NCBI RefSeq assembly: GCF_009914755.1
Contig: NC_060942.1
From: the human T2T-CHM13v2.0 reference genome, Homo sapiens
Direction: 5' to 3' (one strand)
DNA length: 64,000 nt
The position numbers and the translations under genes were made by a program. This document shows, piece by piece, positions 14,554-30,890 of the stretch (position 1 is the stretch's first letter; each line of letters starts with the position of its first letter). The notes under the pieces are model-generated. The model was not told where the DNA came from, did no database searches, and was given only the letters and a program-made list of their open reading frames with translations.

Positions 14554-16519
14554 AAGCAGCATACAATTTTAAGCAGCATACAAGTGATATGTCAAATTAC
14601 GGTTTAGAAATCACACTCTGGCTGCAGTGAGTAGAAAGGGAGTACAGAAAGAATGAAAAAAGAACTGACTCAGCCAAACAGTAAGCGTGATAGCATTGGG
14701 TAACGAAATTGGGTGGTGGCAATAAAGGTTCATGGAAATGGTGGGATTACAGTGATGTTTAGGAGATATACAGTCCATAGGACTAGGTCATTGATAGAAC
14801 CCAGAAAGTAAATCTCCCTGGAGGGAGAATAGGCAGCGGGAGGATGGTGGCATTCACCAAGGAAGGGAATCCCAGAGCCGGCAAGGGGAGAGATGAGTAT
14901 GGGCTGCTCACCCTGAGGCTGAAGTACCCAAAGAACCCTTACATGGGCATGCCTATGTGGGAACCCTTATGTGGGCCACTCCTGTGGTCACTCCCATGGG
15001 CCTGGATAATTCCACCACTGGGAATTCTAAAAGGGTTTCCTATTCCTTACAATGGCTCGTCAAGAGAAATTTAAGCATCCAGATTCCCTCCCTTTGCCAA
15101 CAGCCATTTAGCTTTCTTGACATATACCCATCTCCCTCCCATGCTCAAGTTCCCAGTCCATGCTCCTCTCCCCAGATGTCTGTTCCACATCATCCACAAC
15201 CAGGAACTAGGTGAGGATAGGTCACAGGGACCAAGCAGGACGACAGGCTGGATGTCATCAGCACTGCTTTCTTTGCATCCTGCACCCAGACACATCCTGA
15301 TGACTAGATCCAGAAGATTCACAGATCAAATCTATAGGGAGTAATTAGAGGAATCCCAGCTCTTCCCAACTAGAATTTAAATAAATAAATAAATTTAGTT
15401 TATAAATGCCATTTCCCTGGGAGTGTTTTGCTTGCTAGATAGAAGAGTTGGATAAATAACACCAAGAAATACAAATAATTTCCTTGTTGATTAATTCTTG
15501 ATATACAGAAAAGGTTGCAAATTTGAAATCACTTAAATCTGAATTTTTCCAAAACTAATAAATATTTATTTTAGTTGGTATGTGATTTGTACTCATCTGC
15601 TCCAAATCAGAGATATATTGCAATATATTTTTCTTTTGACATGACTCACATTATTTACTTGTTCATCTATAATGCATTGTCTGCTAGGTACCAGGAACTA
15701 CCACTTTTTACTCTATGCATTTTTCCATTTTAGGAATGCCAGCCCCATTTCATAGATGAAGGAAGTGAGACTCTAAGTCTTAGAGGTCATGCACTTGTCG
15801 TAGAAGAGCCAGATTTGCAACCTAGGTCTTTGGACTCCAAGTCCAGTGCTCCTTGAGCACAGGTATCTTCCCTTCATAACATAAAACATTATTTTGAGTA
15901 ATTGTTAAAATTAACAGCAAAAATCCAAGTAAAGGACACAGTAACGGTTCTATGTAACCTGTTGTTTTTTTTTTTTAGTTTAAGGATTTGCATAATCTAC
16001 TCATCTCTTGGATCTCAATGTGCACACAAAGTTAGTTATGAGAACCATACTTTAGGTTTTTGTTTTTCTTTATGCCTAATTTGAAAATAAGAATGTCTGA
16101 ACAGATTGCTCTCTCTCTCTTAGGGTTCTGTGGTTACAGATCCTGCAGTTAAACCTAGCCTGGGAAAAGGGTCTGACTTCAAAAGACTGTTGGCTAGTTG
16201 GCTCATTTGTTATTATAATGGAAGAAATTGGTGACAAGTTCTCCTATACCAAAAGTCAGAAACCATAGATCTGTTCTGAAAAGCAAAAGTAAGAGAGAAG
16301 TCAAGAAAAAAGTCACATAGCTCAATTCATAGTAGAAGCTGATGTTAGTTTTGCTTATTAGGTATATAGCCAGGAGAGAGCAATGAGGTAGAAGACAAAA
16401 AAATAGGGAGCTGTTAGTGAAAAAATATATATACAGTGCATATTTCTCAAAAACGGAAACTGTTATATTTCATTGAGAATAAACAAAATATTTATTTGCA
16501 AATGCAAAAGCATAATGAA

Positions 16520-17145
16520 AAGTCAACCTTAAATGGTGAAGATGTGGAGGAACTGGAACTCTCGTACACTGCTGATGGGAATGTAAGATGGTTCAACTAC
16601 TTTTGGAAAATACTTTGGAACTTTCTTTAAAAATTAAACATACACTTACTGTGAAACCCAGCCTTTTCATTTCTAAGTATTTACTTAATATTTTTAATGA
16701 TTTTAATATTTTGAATCCCTCATTGTCTAAGAGAAATGGAAGCCACATATCTATACAAAGACTTGTACGTGATTGTTCATAGCAATTTTATTCATAAACA
16801 AAAACTGAAAAACAACCCAAATGTTCATCAACAAGTGAGTTGATAACCAAATTGTGATATATCCATATAATGGAATACTACTCAGCAATAAAAAAGAGAA
16901 AACTATTGATACTTTCAGCAATACATGTATGAATTTCAAAACAGTTAACACTAAGTAAAAGAATCCAGACCCAAAAAAGAGTGTTTACCATATACTTACA
17001 GTTATTAAGAACTGAAGTTTGCAACAGAAAGCAAATCAATAGTTGCCTGGAACAGGGAATGAGGATGGATTGCAGAGGAGCATGAGAAAACTTTTGAGGG
17101 TGAGGACGTGTTCTTTATCTTGGTCGTGATCATGGTTTCTGGGAT
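16520..17145 (+). mobile_element. Old L1M (L1MC/ME-like) 3' fragment
   Basis: gatgtggaggaactggaactctcgtacactgctgatgggaatgtaa...acaacccaaatgttcatcaac...aatggaatactactcagcaataaaaa. Confidence 0.85.
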
Positions 17146-17906
17146 CTCATAACAAGACCTCAGGGCAAATAGGGAAGAAAACAGAAACAGCTTTCTTGAC
17201 TACCCTAGTGAAAGTAACGATGACTTAAATCAGCTGGTAATAATGTAGCCAAGAAACTTCTTGTTCTTGACCAGCCTAGTTCAGTGATGTGTGACTTAGT
17301 TCTGCTGCTGCTGCAGTGTATACATAACTTTTCCTTTTTACCTTGTCTTCCTGCCTACCTTAACTTTCTTTTTTTTTGTTGTTTCCAACAGCATACTACT
17401 AAAAAACACATAAATAAATGAAAACATTTTAAATACTCAAATATAATTTGGACATCCTTTCAAACACTAGAATTTAAATGTTGGCCTTTTCTTTTTGAGG
17501 GGGCAGGGTGTGCAATGGGGAAATAACTTTTAAACCGATAGACTTGGATCTGAATGCTAGTCTTGCCATTGACTCCTCTTCTACTTTTGCATTTGTCAGT
17601 TCAGTTTCCAGATCCTCAGTTTTCTTATGTGTAACACAGGGCTAATAGCTGTATTTCAAGAGTGATTGTGAAGATTGGAAATAACTATCTATTGTGGTGG
17701 TCAGTAAATCATTTGCTTGCTATTATGTAATGCACATCAAGTCTTAGAGATAATGCACAGCCTATGTTCATTTACTTATGTTGACCCCCTGCAACAGCTG
17801 CACACATGTGAGATACCTAGAAAAAAACAGGACAGAGGGTCATGTAAACTGATGTATTTGCCTTCCATTACTTTGGGCTGATGTGTTAACTCTGCTTTAA
17901 TTGTAG

Positions 17907-18120
17907 TGCACCTGGTGGACATATGGAATGTCATAGAAGCATTGCGGGAAAATGCTCTGAACAACCTGGACCCAAACACTGAACTCAACGTGTCCCGCTT
18001 AGAGGCTGTGCTCTCCACTATTTTTTACCAGCTCAACAAACGGATGCCAACCACTCACCAAATCCATGTGGAGCAGTCCATCAGCCTCCTCCTTAACTTC
18101 CTGCTTGCAGCGTTTGATCC
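17907..18120 (+). CDS. DTNA: DTNA coding exon, 214 nt, EF-hand region ([71 protein letters not shown])
   Basis: Acceptor ttgtag|TG, donor CC|gtaagc; phase 1 in, phase 2 out; matches ORF 17906..18124. Confidence 0.97.
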
Positions 18121-19959
18121 GTAAGCACCCTCTGAATGTCTGTTCCTCTCTACATGTTTGGCTTTCACTTCCTGTCTTACTTGGTCTTTTTCCCAAACAA
18201 TTTTATATCTCTCTCTTTTTTTTTTTACTCTCTTTTTTCTTACAGTGGATGCTTATGTCAGTAAAGTCTCCATGTGTTTAATATAAATTTTAAATCCTGT
18301 GAAAAAGACTAGAGAGTAAAATGGTGCCAGAGGAACTTGAGGACAATTGTATTTTATGTGCTGACCTTTAGTTATCTCACCCCATGCTTCCTGGAAGCTG
18401 TGGATGCTTGAGAGGATTGCCTGTGGTGCGATTTAATGAAGCGTGAAGTGGGAGGATCTTTTTAACTCTCTTCTTTGCAAATTGTTTAAGACAGTGTTTC
18501 TGAGGTGTCCTAACAAGGCCCTACAGCAAACAAGAAAGAAATTGAAAAGGGTTTCTTGACTATCCCAGTCAAAGTAACTATGACTTGCGTTAAATGGACT
18601 GGTCAATTTAAGTGTTTCGATCATAAAATAAGGGGATGCTGTCCACAGACCACAACTGAAGCTCAGCTTCATTTTTGTATAATTTTCCCTTTTAGAATCA
18701 GAGAATTTCAGGGCTGGCTGAGATCTTAAAGGCTGTTCGTCCACATATCTCATTTTACAGATGAAGGAAATGAAGCACAAAGAAATTGTCACTTGTTTGG
18801 TGTCTCGCAGCATGTTAGTGGCCGAGTGGGGACTTAGGTGTTCAACAAAGGTTTCTTTACCAAGGTATATGTGGATTCCCCTGAATTACATTCTCAGCCT
18901 ACAATTTCAAGAGGGCTTTTTGCCAATAGCCTCCAACCTGGACGTAGTACCACCCCCTCCACTTCCACTGCTTGTTTTGAATATTAAAAAGGAAAATTGC
19001 TAACCTGACCTTTCAGCAATCACATTTTGAGATTCTCAGAAGGTTTTACTTAGTCTCATTGTCTGGCCAATGCTTGGAAGTATTTACCCCCGCAGTGGAG
19101 ATGTTCCAGCCAGGCTAATGTTATTTTGCAATTCACAAAAGCTACCAGCTGTCACTTTGCAACTTAGAGTGTTAACAGAATCGTTCCTGCTCAGTTTTTC
19201 CAGTGTGCATTATTGTCTTCGTGATATTTATATTTTGAGAAATTCTTCAGTTAAAATAAACAATTTTACAACTAGCATTCCAGGTTGGTAGAGTCTTTGC
19301 TTCGGCTGTGCACACTTCAGAACGAGATGTACAGCTCTAGCTTAATCACTATAGTAACTGGATGCTGGGGCAGGTAAAGAGGACTGTGGTTCCACATGAC
19401 AGGCAGCAGAGGCAGCAGAATGGAACCTGGCCATGGCATTTCTGTAGTGGCATTTCTAACCTGGCCCTGTGACAAGAGTGTGGCAGCTTTCAGATTTGCC
19501 CCTAAAGATGTCAAGAGACTTATTTGTTAGAAATGTAACAATGGAAACTGCAAAAAGAGAAATATAATATCTCACTAAATCCTGGAGTACTGCTAGAGAA
19601 CTCATAAAGAATCAAAGCCAAATAATCATTTGCACCCACTCCATAAATATAGACCAGAAACCAGACTAACAATAAGGAAGGGGGTATTTTGTGAGATATA
19701 TAGGATTCACACAAATATAGTTAGATTTTTCACTTTTGGTCAGAAATATTTGCTAGATCACTTCTAAATATAGAGCTATGAACGGTCTCTAAATAGCTGC
19801 TGAAAATATAGCTGAATCATTTCAAGATTGATGAAAAGCTAAGTTTGACATCTATTCCAAGGTAAGGAACAATTCACAAAAAAGTTCAGAAGAAATCTTT
19901 ATTTGGTGCCTATTCTTCGTATAGATAGGAAGCCTCCTGATGTGTACTTTCAATAATCT

Positions 19960-20048
19960 CACTGTAGTAGATTTATAAACACATCCACATAGACAAATTT
20001 CACTGCAAAGATTTATAAACATATCCATGTAGAGATCCTACTCTGCAG
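19960..20048. repeat. Degenerate tandem duplication with a unit of about 40 bp
   Basis: cactgtagtagatttataaacacatccacataga / cactgcaaagatttataaacatatccatgtaga. Confidence 0.7.
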
Positions 20049-21875
20049 ACACTTCTGCGTTTGCTCCTTCAGCGTAGCAAATGAGCATAGGCAGTCCTAC
20101 TGACACTCAAATTTTCCATCTGATGGCATGGAATTTTGGATGTGAAATGTAAGCCATCAGGAAGTACAGCTAACTGGATATGTAATTTAGAAGTGAATAT
20201 AAGAAGAGAAACTTAAGAATAAAATAAATGTTCAAATTCTATTTCTTATAATAGTAAACTCCAATTTATCCAAATGAGACCCAGCGTGGAAATCTGATGC
20301 CACTTCCTACCACCTGTCCCACGACAGAGTCCAAGTGTTTAAGAGAACCGTCTGTATTTTGGCAGACATGAATGATCCTGATACTACTAAAAGAAAGATG
20401 TGCTGTTGCTATTACAGAATCACTGAAACATTTAGGAGATTTTTCTCCCATTTGTCGTATTTTAAATGGACATATAAATAAACAGGGAAAAAATCCAAAA
20501 TAAAAATTAGAGATGCCTTAAGAACCTAGACTCTGAAGAAGAGTTGCTAAAAATAAATAAATAAAAAAGAAAGGCAGTATAGTGATTTAAACTCATGAAG
20601 AATAAGAACTTGGATTCAAAGAAACTTGGCCATTTTGTGGGGGAGGGGATGGTGCCTTAAAATTCACTAGACTCCCAGGTAGTTGAACTTCGTGAAGAAA
20701 GTGGTAACCTGAGATGAGGATTGATGCCTCCTTTACTGGGATGTACTTCTGAGAGCCAGACTTACCTTCGCACAGCCATAGCTCCCCAAGAATAGCATTC
20801 CCTCTCCCACCAAAAAAACATCCGGATCTCAATTTTCATACCAGGATGCTTACTGCAGACTGTAATCAGTTTCCTGGTTGCAAGATTTCTCTCTGCTCGT
20901 TGGCAAGTCAGCCTCTCAGAAGATATGATAACTACATCTGTAGATGATTTGTACAATGTTGGGGGTGGGCAGTGGACCCCAGTGGTTTATGCTCATGCTT
21001 GCCATTCTGTCCCTGAAGACACAGTTCCTTGAGTCCAGAAGATTTTTGTTTTTTGTGACATTCCTTTTAAAAATGGCTGTATTCCTGGGAGGGGGTCACC
21101 CAGGGAGCAGTTACCAACCAACTTCTAAGCAAATCTCTCCACGGCCAGAGGTTATCTTTTTTAAGGCGTCTAGTGGAATGGATGAGTGTGCCTGAGAAGG
21201 ATGGGAAAAGAGATGTCAGAAATAAGACCAGGGGCTGAGAGGGAAGAAGATATGTGAGGGAGCAGCCAGAACTTGAGCCAGTCTCTTCCTCTTGTCCCTT
21301 TCCTCCGATCACCCCAGGAACTGGCCTCCCACCTCCCCTTCTTTGCTGCCAGGAGCCTTCCGCTCCTCTGTCTCCTCCAGAATCCCCCCAGCAAACTGGC
21401 AGCAGCTTCTTCTGTCACCTCTTGTCCATATTCTATTGAGGAGGGGGAAAACTCTTTGAAGTCTTCAAAGGACCTTTAATGTTGTTCTTATTATTTTGTA
21501 GGAAATAGAGAGTAACTCAAAAGAAAAATATTGCAGAAAGTTAAAAGATGAAAATAATTCTTAAAAGCCTATAATGTGCAGCCTTTTTGAGAGGTGCAGT
21601 CACAAACTCTGAGGTTCTGTGAAGCCTTTCGCCTGTCATGGTCAAGTTGATCACCTTTCCACAGGTCCACCTCTCCTTGCACCTGATTCTGCTATTGTCT
21701 TATAGTGCATGTCTGACTGTTTATATGACTGCCTCCCAAAGACTTCTTTAGGAAAGAACCATATTTTATTCTTCTTATGAACAGCACCTGAGACCATAGC
21801 CAACACAAGAATGAATCAATGAATGAAAATCCAAGGTTGATCTTTCTGAGCTCTTGTCGTACTAATTTCTTTTAA

Positions 21876-22170
<295 letters not shown>

Positions 22171-25100
22171 AGTTTTCTTTTAATTCTTTTTCTGAGATTA
22201 AGTCTTCCTTGATCTCCAATATATTACAAAGACTAGCGGGTCCCAGTCACCTAGATTCAGACCCTCTATTTTTACTTCTGCTCCACAGAAAAAAAAAACA
22301 AGTGTTCATGGTTACCAATGTTGGTGATCCTATTTTTACAAAAGACTTCTATGTACTCCTCTCACCTTCTCCCTGCTTCCCCAGGAAACACTAAAAACAA
22401 GTTGTCTTGACTCAATCTCATTTCAATTCAGTAGTATCTTCTTTCGTAAGACAGTTCTTCATAAAGTAGATTATGTGACTCTAGCCTTGTTTTTAGCAAA
22501 TAACATTATCATATATACTCAGTCACTCAAAAATCATAGTATGACAGTTAAAAATATTAAAAGGAACAGTGATTTTCCTATTTTCAGAGGTCAAGCTATA
22601 GTCTTCCATGATAATCATAATAATTGTATTAAAAATAAGATGTACTCAGTATTTACTATATGTCAATAGTCTTACTGACTTGGCCCTATATTATCATGAT
22701 TTTCCAGTAGAGGAGATAGAAAGAGGTTAAATAATTTGCAGGTCATACAGCATCATACTAAATGAGGTAAATGAGGGAAAACTCATTTTGTTTCAGGAAC
22801 TGTTTTAAGCTCAGCTCTATTCATGCTTTCTGTTTCACTTTTTAAAATGAAAATTAATTAACCTTTTTTCTCCCAGACTTGTTTTGCTTATTACAGGATA
22901 TTATTCTGATGCTTACATTCCTAATCTTTCCAGTTTCTGGTATTTATACACATTTGAAAGAGTGTATGTGGAAGAAATATTTGGACTTAACATGTTTTAC
23001 ATTGTAGCATTAGGATCAGTTTTATGACAGCTACCCAGAACTACAAGTCCATCACATAATAGTCTTACGTAGAGAATACAAAATCCTGGTATTTTCCTCC
23101 CTGTTTGCCATATTGCACCTTACTGGGCCATTTGAACACCCATGCCCACTGCTGAGCCTTCCAATGCTACAAAAAAGACCACAGAACTATTTCAAATGCA
23201 TGGATATGAAATGCCTGGTACTCTGCCAAAATCCTTCTGTCTTTCGAATTTAAAAAATGATTCGATATTTAATGCAAAATGTACTACAAAGTACACAACC
23301 ATTTCTCTGCACCAAAAAAAGTATTGTTCATGTTTGAGACTATGTAGATTTGTGAAAGCAAAGAAGAAAAAAAGAGAAGAGTTATAAAAAACCAAATGTT
23401 CTTCTCTTTTATTATCTATACAGCCAAGACTAGATATTTAAAACAGTGTTTACTTGGCGTGGTGACTTTTTTCTTTGCACGTCTTAAATTTCAAGATGTC
23501 CATAGAACATTCTCCTCTACTAACTAAAATCTTGTTGTAGTGAAAAATACTTTGTTCAAAATTTCTACATCCTGCTAAAATGGAATCACTTTCCAAAGAA
23601 TTTTCACAGCTGTAGATACATTAAATATCCTAATGTCACTCGTTGTTTATCTGACATACTTTGAATGAGTAGCAGGTAGAATTTCAAGAGAGATGAGGAA
23701 TTTCAAGGGGTATGGGGGCATTCCAACAGTATTGACCCCTTCTGTTCTGGAGAAACCCCTAGCAAACTCACCTGCCCCGGCGCTATAAGGAGTACTTTTC
23801 CCAGATGTTTTGCTAACATTGTGGAGGGCCCAGAGAGAAGCCAGATCCAAATAAAGGGTTTCTGTCTGTTCACAGGTTAACTTCACTACGCCCCAAACCA
23901 GAGTTAATTATGCCTGTGAACACTTCTAAATTCAAAGCATCACATAACTGCACAATCTAAAAGAAACAGCCATAAAGCCAATCATTATCATCGTATTCAA
24001 ACACGTTATATTTCTCAATATAAATCTCAAGTGGTAAATCAGAAAGTTGCTTCTCACTTGTGCATTCATTAATTGAACTGACATATGTAAAGAGCTTGCT
24101 ATGTGGTAGGTGTTATGATAGGCTGGGAATAAATGATAAGACAAGATGAAATGAGATGAGATACCCTTGGAAAATGGGTTGTATTAAAATTAACTGTTTC
24201 TGACCCTTTATCTCCAACATGTTGTGAGCAAATGAAGAGTAGAGACCACACCTTTTTCATCTGTATATCCCCAACCTCTAGGACAATGCTAATCAATATT
24301 TATTGAGTGACTAAATGAGTGATCCATATGAGCAAAATAATTTTCAGATAAAAAATGTGTTATAGTAGAGGCATGTTGTGGAAGCAGAGGGAGGAAGCAA
24401 TTCTCTCCGTTAATTAAGCCACCAAAATGTGTGAGAAAGAGCAGTTTGAGTGCTGTGCCTCTGCTTATCAAAAATGCTTACCAAATGTTTTTGTGAAATA
24501 TGTTGGTAAAAGAAGAGCTTCTGATTTTAGTACTCTTAAATAGAGAAATAATTCCTTCTGTCTGTTTAAGAAAGAATCAGTCAGAATTGAATCTTACTTA
24601 AAAGAACTTCAAGTTTCTCATGGGATTTTGTAACTTCAAACAGGAAACCCTGTTGGCAATTCGGAGACAATTTACCTCCTGTACTTAGCATCCAGCCCTA
24701 CCGATCAATATCTATTTGTTGTTTTATCTTCTTGTCAAAAACAAATATTCTCTTCCCTGCAACTTTTCCATATAAATAATATATTCTTAGTTGGAAGAAA
24801 TCAGTATGTCTCTTTATAAGATTATGGGAAACCCAGGGCAGACTAAAGCAGTTTCTCACTTCTTTATTATGACAAGTCAAATTTTGAAGTAATTCAAATT
24901 TTTAACATAAAACACCCTACAAATCACTATATATATTTTAACCAAAGGGTAAGTGCCTTCCTCTTTCCATTTTCAATCAGTTGTCCCCTAGAATAACTTG
25001 AAAAGTCTCAGAGTGAGAAAACAAAATGTAAAGGAAGATAAAAGATTTCAAGAAACATTGATTTATGAAGCCATTTCAGTTTGTGCTTTTGATAATTTGC

Positions 25101-25294
25101 ATATATTAGCCTGGTTCTCTTAAATACCTTGTTACATGTTAATTATATACCAATACACAATTTTATTGAGAATTTTTGAATGTCGATCTAGAACAAGAAA
25201 GTAAAGTTTGTATAGGCAAAAGTTCCAGGGTAATTGGCTTAGAAACAGAACATATTCCACTATGCCAAAAGACTATAATGGAGAAAATGAATAA

Positions 25295-25708
<414 letters not shown>

Positions 25709-27769
25709 TAATATTAATTCTTTAAGCTTTTTCTGTGCCTTTTATATTACCAAAGAATTAACTGTACTAGCAGCCTTAATTCACAAAGAAAGACTTACAT
25801 GGCCATGTGATTGACCACATCACAGACTCCTAAGGCTGATCCCGCCCCTAAAAGTCTGTGATTCATCCAGACTTGTGCCCTGTGATGCATCCAGTCTCTC
25901 AAACACATCTGGCTCTTTTATGTCTTGAGATGGCAGTCAGAATTGCACATGAAGTTGAAGGCATACTGCCATGGCTTTTCATAAAAGCAAGAGAAGTATA
26001 CAGACTTTTTCTGTGCACTTCCTGATGCTGCCCCACTCCCAGGCTGTTTGGCCTGAAGTTTTAGGGAAAATCTATGTTTTTCAACCTCAGCACACACTGG
26101 TGGTTGGCTTCCTGGGTTGCAGCTGACAGCCAGCATTCCATCGGTGCAGTTTTACTACCTTACTGCAAAGGCATTGCCAGAGACATAGTCATTTTGGAGC
26201 AATATGCTGCTTTCCTGCTCGTTTGTACAGGACTCTGAGGAGCTTCCCATTATCCATCCTCATGCACTTGTCTTTCTGCTTCCTAGACACTTAACAGATT
26301 TTATTGGCTGTTTGTAAATCAAACTGGTCCCAACTAATGACAATTCCTGATGAGCATAGCTCCTAAATTTTTCCATTTGGGATGTATCAGCTTTTCTCTA
26401 CTCCTTGCTTCCTGTGTTAATGCCAGTGCCTTTTTTCACAATGAAATAGGGACCCTGGTCCCATGTTTTGCTCAAAATATGGGCTGATAACCAGAGGAAT
26501 ATATGCTACCTAACTGTGGTTGGCTAACTAGCCAACAGAAGACGCTTTTCACTTTGGGTTTCATAAAATAATTTTGTGCAGAATAATCTCACAGTCTCTA
26601 TAATTTATTTAAACAAATCTTCAGAAACATAATTTTTTTGTTAGAGAATTCCTGAATTTGAAATTAGGGTAACTATAGGGACTTTTTCATCACAAATTTT
26701 TTTCAACCATTATTTCCTACTCACAATACAACTGTGCTTATGTGATATATTTACTCTTCAAAAAAAGCTGATATTTTTTAAAGGCCCCCTCTTTAAAATT
26801 GGACACCCTCCTCTTCACCCTGTTATATTTACAAATAATGTTCTTTTAAAAAAGATCCATTTGTATTTAAGTCTTTAGTGCTCCCATTCTCTGTTGTAGA
26901 GTCAGTCATCTCTGCTCACTCCTCAAACCGCATAAATATTTATCCAGTGCCTGGGATAAGCAAAGTATGAACTCACCCAGTTTTGGTGTGCTTGCCACGA
27001 CCTAAATCCCTGCATACCCCCAGAATCCTTCTTCATGACAGAGTCACATTTGCAATCTGGCACAGTAGCTTGCATAACAATAGATTCCAGTGGCCTAATT
27101 TCACCCTTGAGTTCCTGTAAAACCCTCATTCGGCTGCCCTCCACTTGGTGATTTATCTAGATTTATTGTGTCAATTTGGCAGAACAGCTCTGATATAACC
27201 ACTGTTGGATCTAGTATCATCAATCTTCCATTTCCAGGAACAATACAGGACTGGCAATCTCCCCATGATCTTCTTCATTAAAAGCTGAGGTCTAAGAGTA
27301 CACCTATGAGCTATCATTGTTTCATCCTTTGGAGAACTCTCTGTTCCAAAATCATTGGTGGTCAATCCTCTCCTTTTAAATAAATTATTCTCTCGGATTC
27401 ATTGAAAGGAACTGTATTGCTCTTGAAGCCTCACATATAATGCTCCTCGATTTCTTTGCATTTTGAGGGCCACATTATTGCTATGTGATTGCTAATCTTC
27501 CATACCTTGTAGACTTTACTGTTGTCATTATTTGAACCATGTTACAGTTTAGGAAAAAAGCTAATTACCTCCTGAGGTCAAATGTTTGATACTTCCAGTT
27601 ATCCATGTAATGGGAGGACAGGAATGCTTTTGAATAGGCTGGTTTTTACAAAATCATTGCATTTCTATTACAGCTACCTGCTCTAAAATTAATAACTCAC
27701 TGAGTGGATGGACACTCAAAATTCTAGGTGTAATTTTTATAATGATTACTAATCATTTCTTAATATAAG

Positions 27770-28700
27770 AAATGTATTAGTCACTAACTCTGTGTGAGAC
27801 CAAGTGCTAGGCACTAGGAATTCAAGTAATTCAGAAAACATCATCTCTGCACTGAAGGATCTCACAATGTAGAATCCAGTCACATTGTGGACATGTAAAA
27901 ATCACATCAAGGTCATTCATTGTGACAGATGCCACATAATAAGTAAAAAGTGAAGGGCAGAGTGATTTCCTAGACATCTAGGAGAAAAGCTGTTTTCAGA
28001 GCAGGGTGAATAATGATATTGAGTGGCATCTTGACAAATGGATGGGAGGGTTGTGGGCAGACCATGTTAGGAGGGGGAGGGGCCAGGAGGCGTTGAACAG
28101 TTTGACCATGGTGTGCAGTACAACAACAGAAATGGTAGCAGAGGAGACTAGACGAGACTGCTGGGTGTGCCATGAGCAAACGTTAGAACTTCGTCCTGAG
28201 GGCAAAAGGCGGCCAGAGGGTTTTAAGCAATGAAATAATATGGTCAAATTTGTGATATGAGTGTGCAAGCAGAGAGATCATTTCAGAGGTTATGACCGTG
28301 TTAAAGCAAGAGCTGATGGAAGCAGTGACAGTGGGAATGAAAAGAAGGGAATGGATTCAACATACAGGTAACAAGTCTAGCTGAGTCCTTCAAACATTTG
28401 TTCGGAGTGGTAGTAATTAAGGAAGAGCAAGAAATCAAAGGCGACCCCAACTCAGGATTCATTTTCAGGTAACTAGGTACATGGTGTTTCTAATAACCAG
28501 CAGAAGGACTGCAGGAGGAACAGCAGGTTAGTACTACGGTGAGTCTGAGTATTATGGAAGAGCTCTGTAAAGATAATGAGTTCTCTTTTGAACATACTTA
28601 GTTTGGCATGAGGTATCTAAGTGAAGGTTTCAGATAAATGATTACATAAATCTGGTGCTGAGGCTTAGAAATAAATATGAAAGAGTCACTAGCATAGGGT
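27770..28700 (-). mobile_element. L2 fragment
   Basis: gtgctaggcactagg...gaaggatctcacaatgtag...gagggttttaagca...gataatgagttctcttttgaacat. Confidence 0.6.
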
Positions 28701-29041
28701 TCAGTCAATTTTGCATTCTGGCTGGTTGTATTTGAGGTATTACACTAAAAATGACAGCGACAGTGATAAATAACAAATGATCCCTCTCTGAAACCTAGTA
28801 AGGAACAAAACCACGATTATTTATATCTTATTTTTCTTATATATAAGGCATATGAATCTTATTCATATAAATTATTTATTCCATGTACTAAAGCTTTGCC
28901 AATACAAGCTTTACTTACCTTTCAGACACATTATTATTTTAAATAACTCTTTTGACCATTCTTAAGATTAGCAACTATCAAATAAATGAATTACTAATAT
29001 GATACAGTTTCTGATTCCAAAGTATAAGAATAAACAGTTGA

Positions 29042-29494
<453 letters not shown>

Positions 29495-30088
29495 AGAGCT
29501 TTTACTTTTGCCCCTTTAAAATAGCAGCTCTCTTTGAAAAGTAAATATATCACATAAGCACAGTTGGCTTGTGGGTAGGAAATGATGGTTGAAAAAAATG
29601 TGTGATGAAAAAGTCCCCATAGTTACCCTAACCTCAAATTCAGAAATTCTCTGACAAAAAAAAAAAAAAATGATGTTTCTGAAGCTCTGTTTAAGTAAAT
29701 TATAGAGATTCTGGAATTATTGTGTGCAAAAATCATTTTATGAAACTCCAAGTGAAAAGCATGTTCTGTTATTTAAATCCATAGTTAGCTAGTAGATATT
29801 CCTCTGGCTATCAGCCCATATTTTGAGCAAGTGACATATACAAAGAATAAGCTAAGAGATTCTGATGTCTCTTAAGGAAACATTGAATAGACAGTTCTTC
29901 AGATATGTGCATTGAATTGTTTTCACAACCTTTTATAAAATGGATGTGCCCACATAAGGCATGCAGCTATGTATCCTGTGATTTCTACAGAATAGAAAAT
30001 GTCAAACCTTGTTGCTGGAAGTACTCCAAACGACATCATGGTTTTGTTTTGTTTTTGTTTTTGTTTTTTTTCTATTACCATTAAACAG

Positions 30089-30174
30089 GGAAGGCCATGG
30101 TAAAATTTCAGTATTTGCTGTCAAAATGGCTTTAGCCACATTGTGTGGAGGGAAGATCATGGACAAATTAAGAT
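30089..30174 (+). CDS. DTNA: DTNA coding exon, 86 nt ([28 protein letters not shown])
   Basis: Long T-rich tract then aaacag|G, donor T|gtaagt; completes the CC|G Pro codon. Confidence 0.97.
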
Positions 30175-30890
30175 GTAAGTTATTATTCCTTGTGTGTCTG
30201 TTTGCTTTTCCTTGCTAGGTACCACCCTTTTCTCTCCCTCATTCCTCTATGTCCCCTCCCCATTTGTATCTTTCCTCATTCTATGAGAGTTGTTTGAAAT
30301 ACATTTTTCACTGATGTTTGGATTTTGTCATAGCGATATTTTCATATTAGATAAATGCTAATGAAATGAATGTTTTCCTCTACTTATAACCTGTTGAGTA
30401 TCACCAACTGGCCTCTTTCTGAAATTAAAGTAAAATAAGCACTCTTTGCAGTTAATTGTGTTATACTGCCTTACACGTGGTACAGGATGATAGGCACGTG
30501 AAGGCTTAGTGGGAAACCTTCCCCTTTAAATCTTCTAAAAGCAAGACTCTTGGCACATTTCCTCATTCTTCTCAGCCAGCACTGTTCAAATCACTGGGAA
30601 CTCCAAAGGTTTCAAAGCCAACAATGTCAGGAAAGAAGAATAGGAATTACATAGAGACAGCATTGGCAGAGTTAACTAGATGCCAGTAAAAGCATGGTAG
30701 CTAAAGTACATTGAGTAATTGTGGGCCTTAATGAACATTTTGTCTCTAAATATGGTAGAGTTCCTTAACCAACGACACACTGGGGATTGTTTGTTTGTTT
30801 GTTTGTTTGCTTTAGGTAAAGAAACTGAGACTCAGTTAACCATATGGCTAAGACGATGCCAGGATTTGAACCCTGACTTTTTTTTCTACA

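Noticed and set aside
21163-21178. CTCF-like GGCGTCTAGTGG, also CACCTAGGTGGCGT near 32264
   Set aside because: Both have mismatches at core motif positions and are too weak to call.
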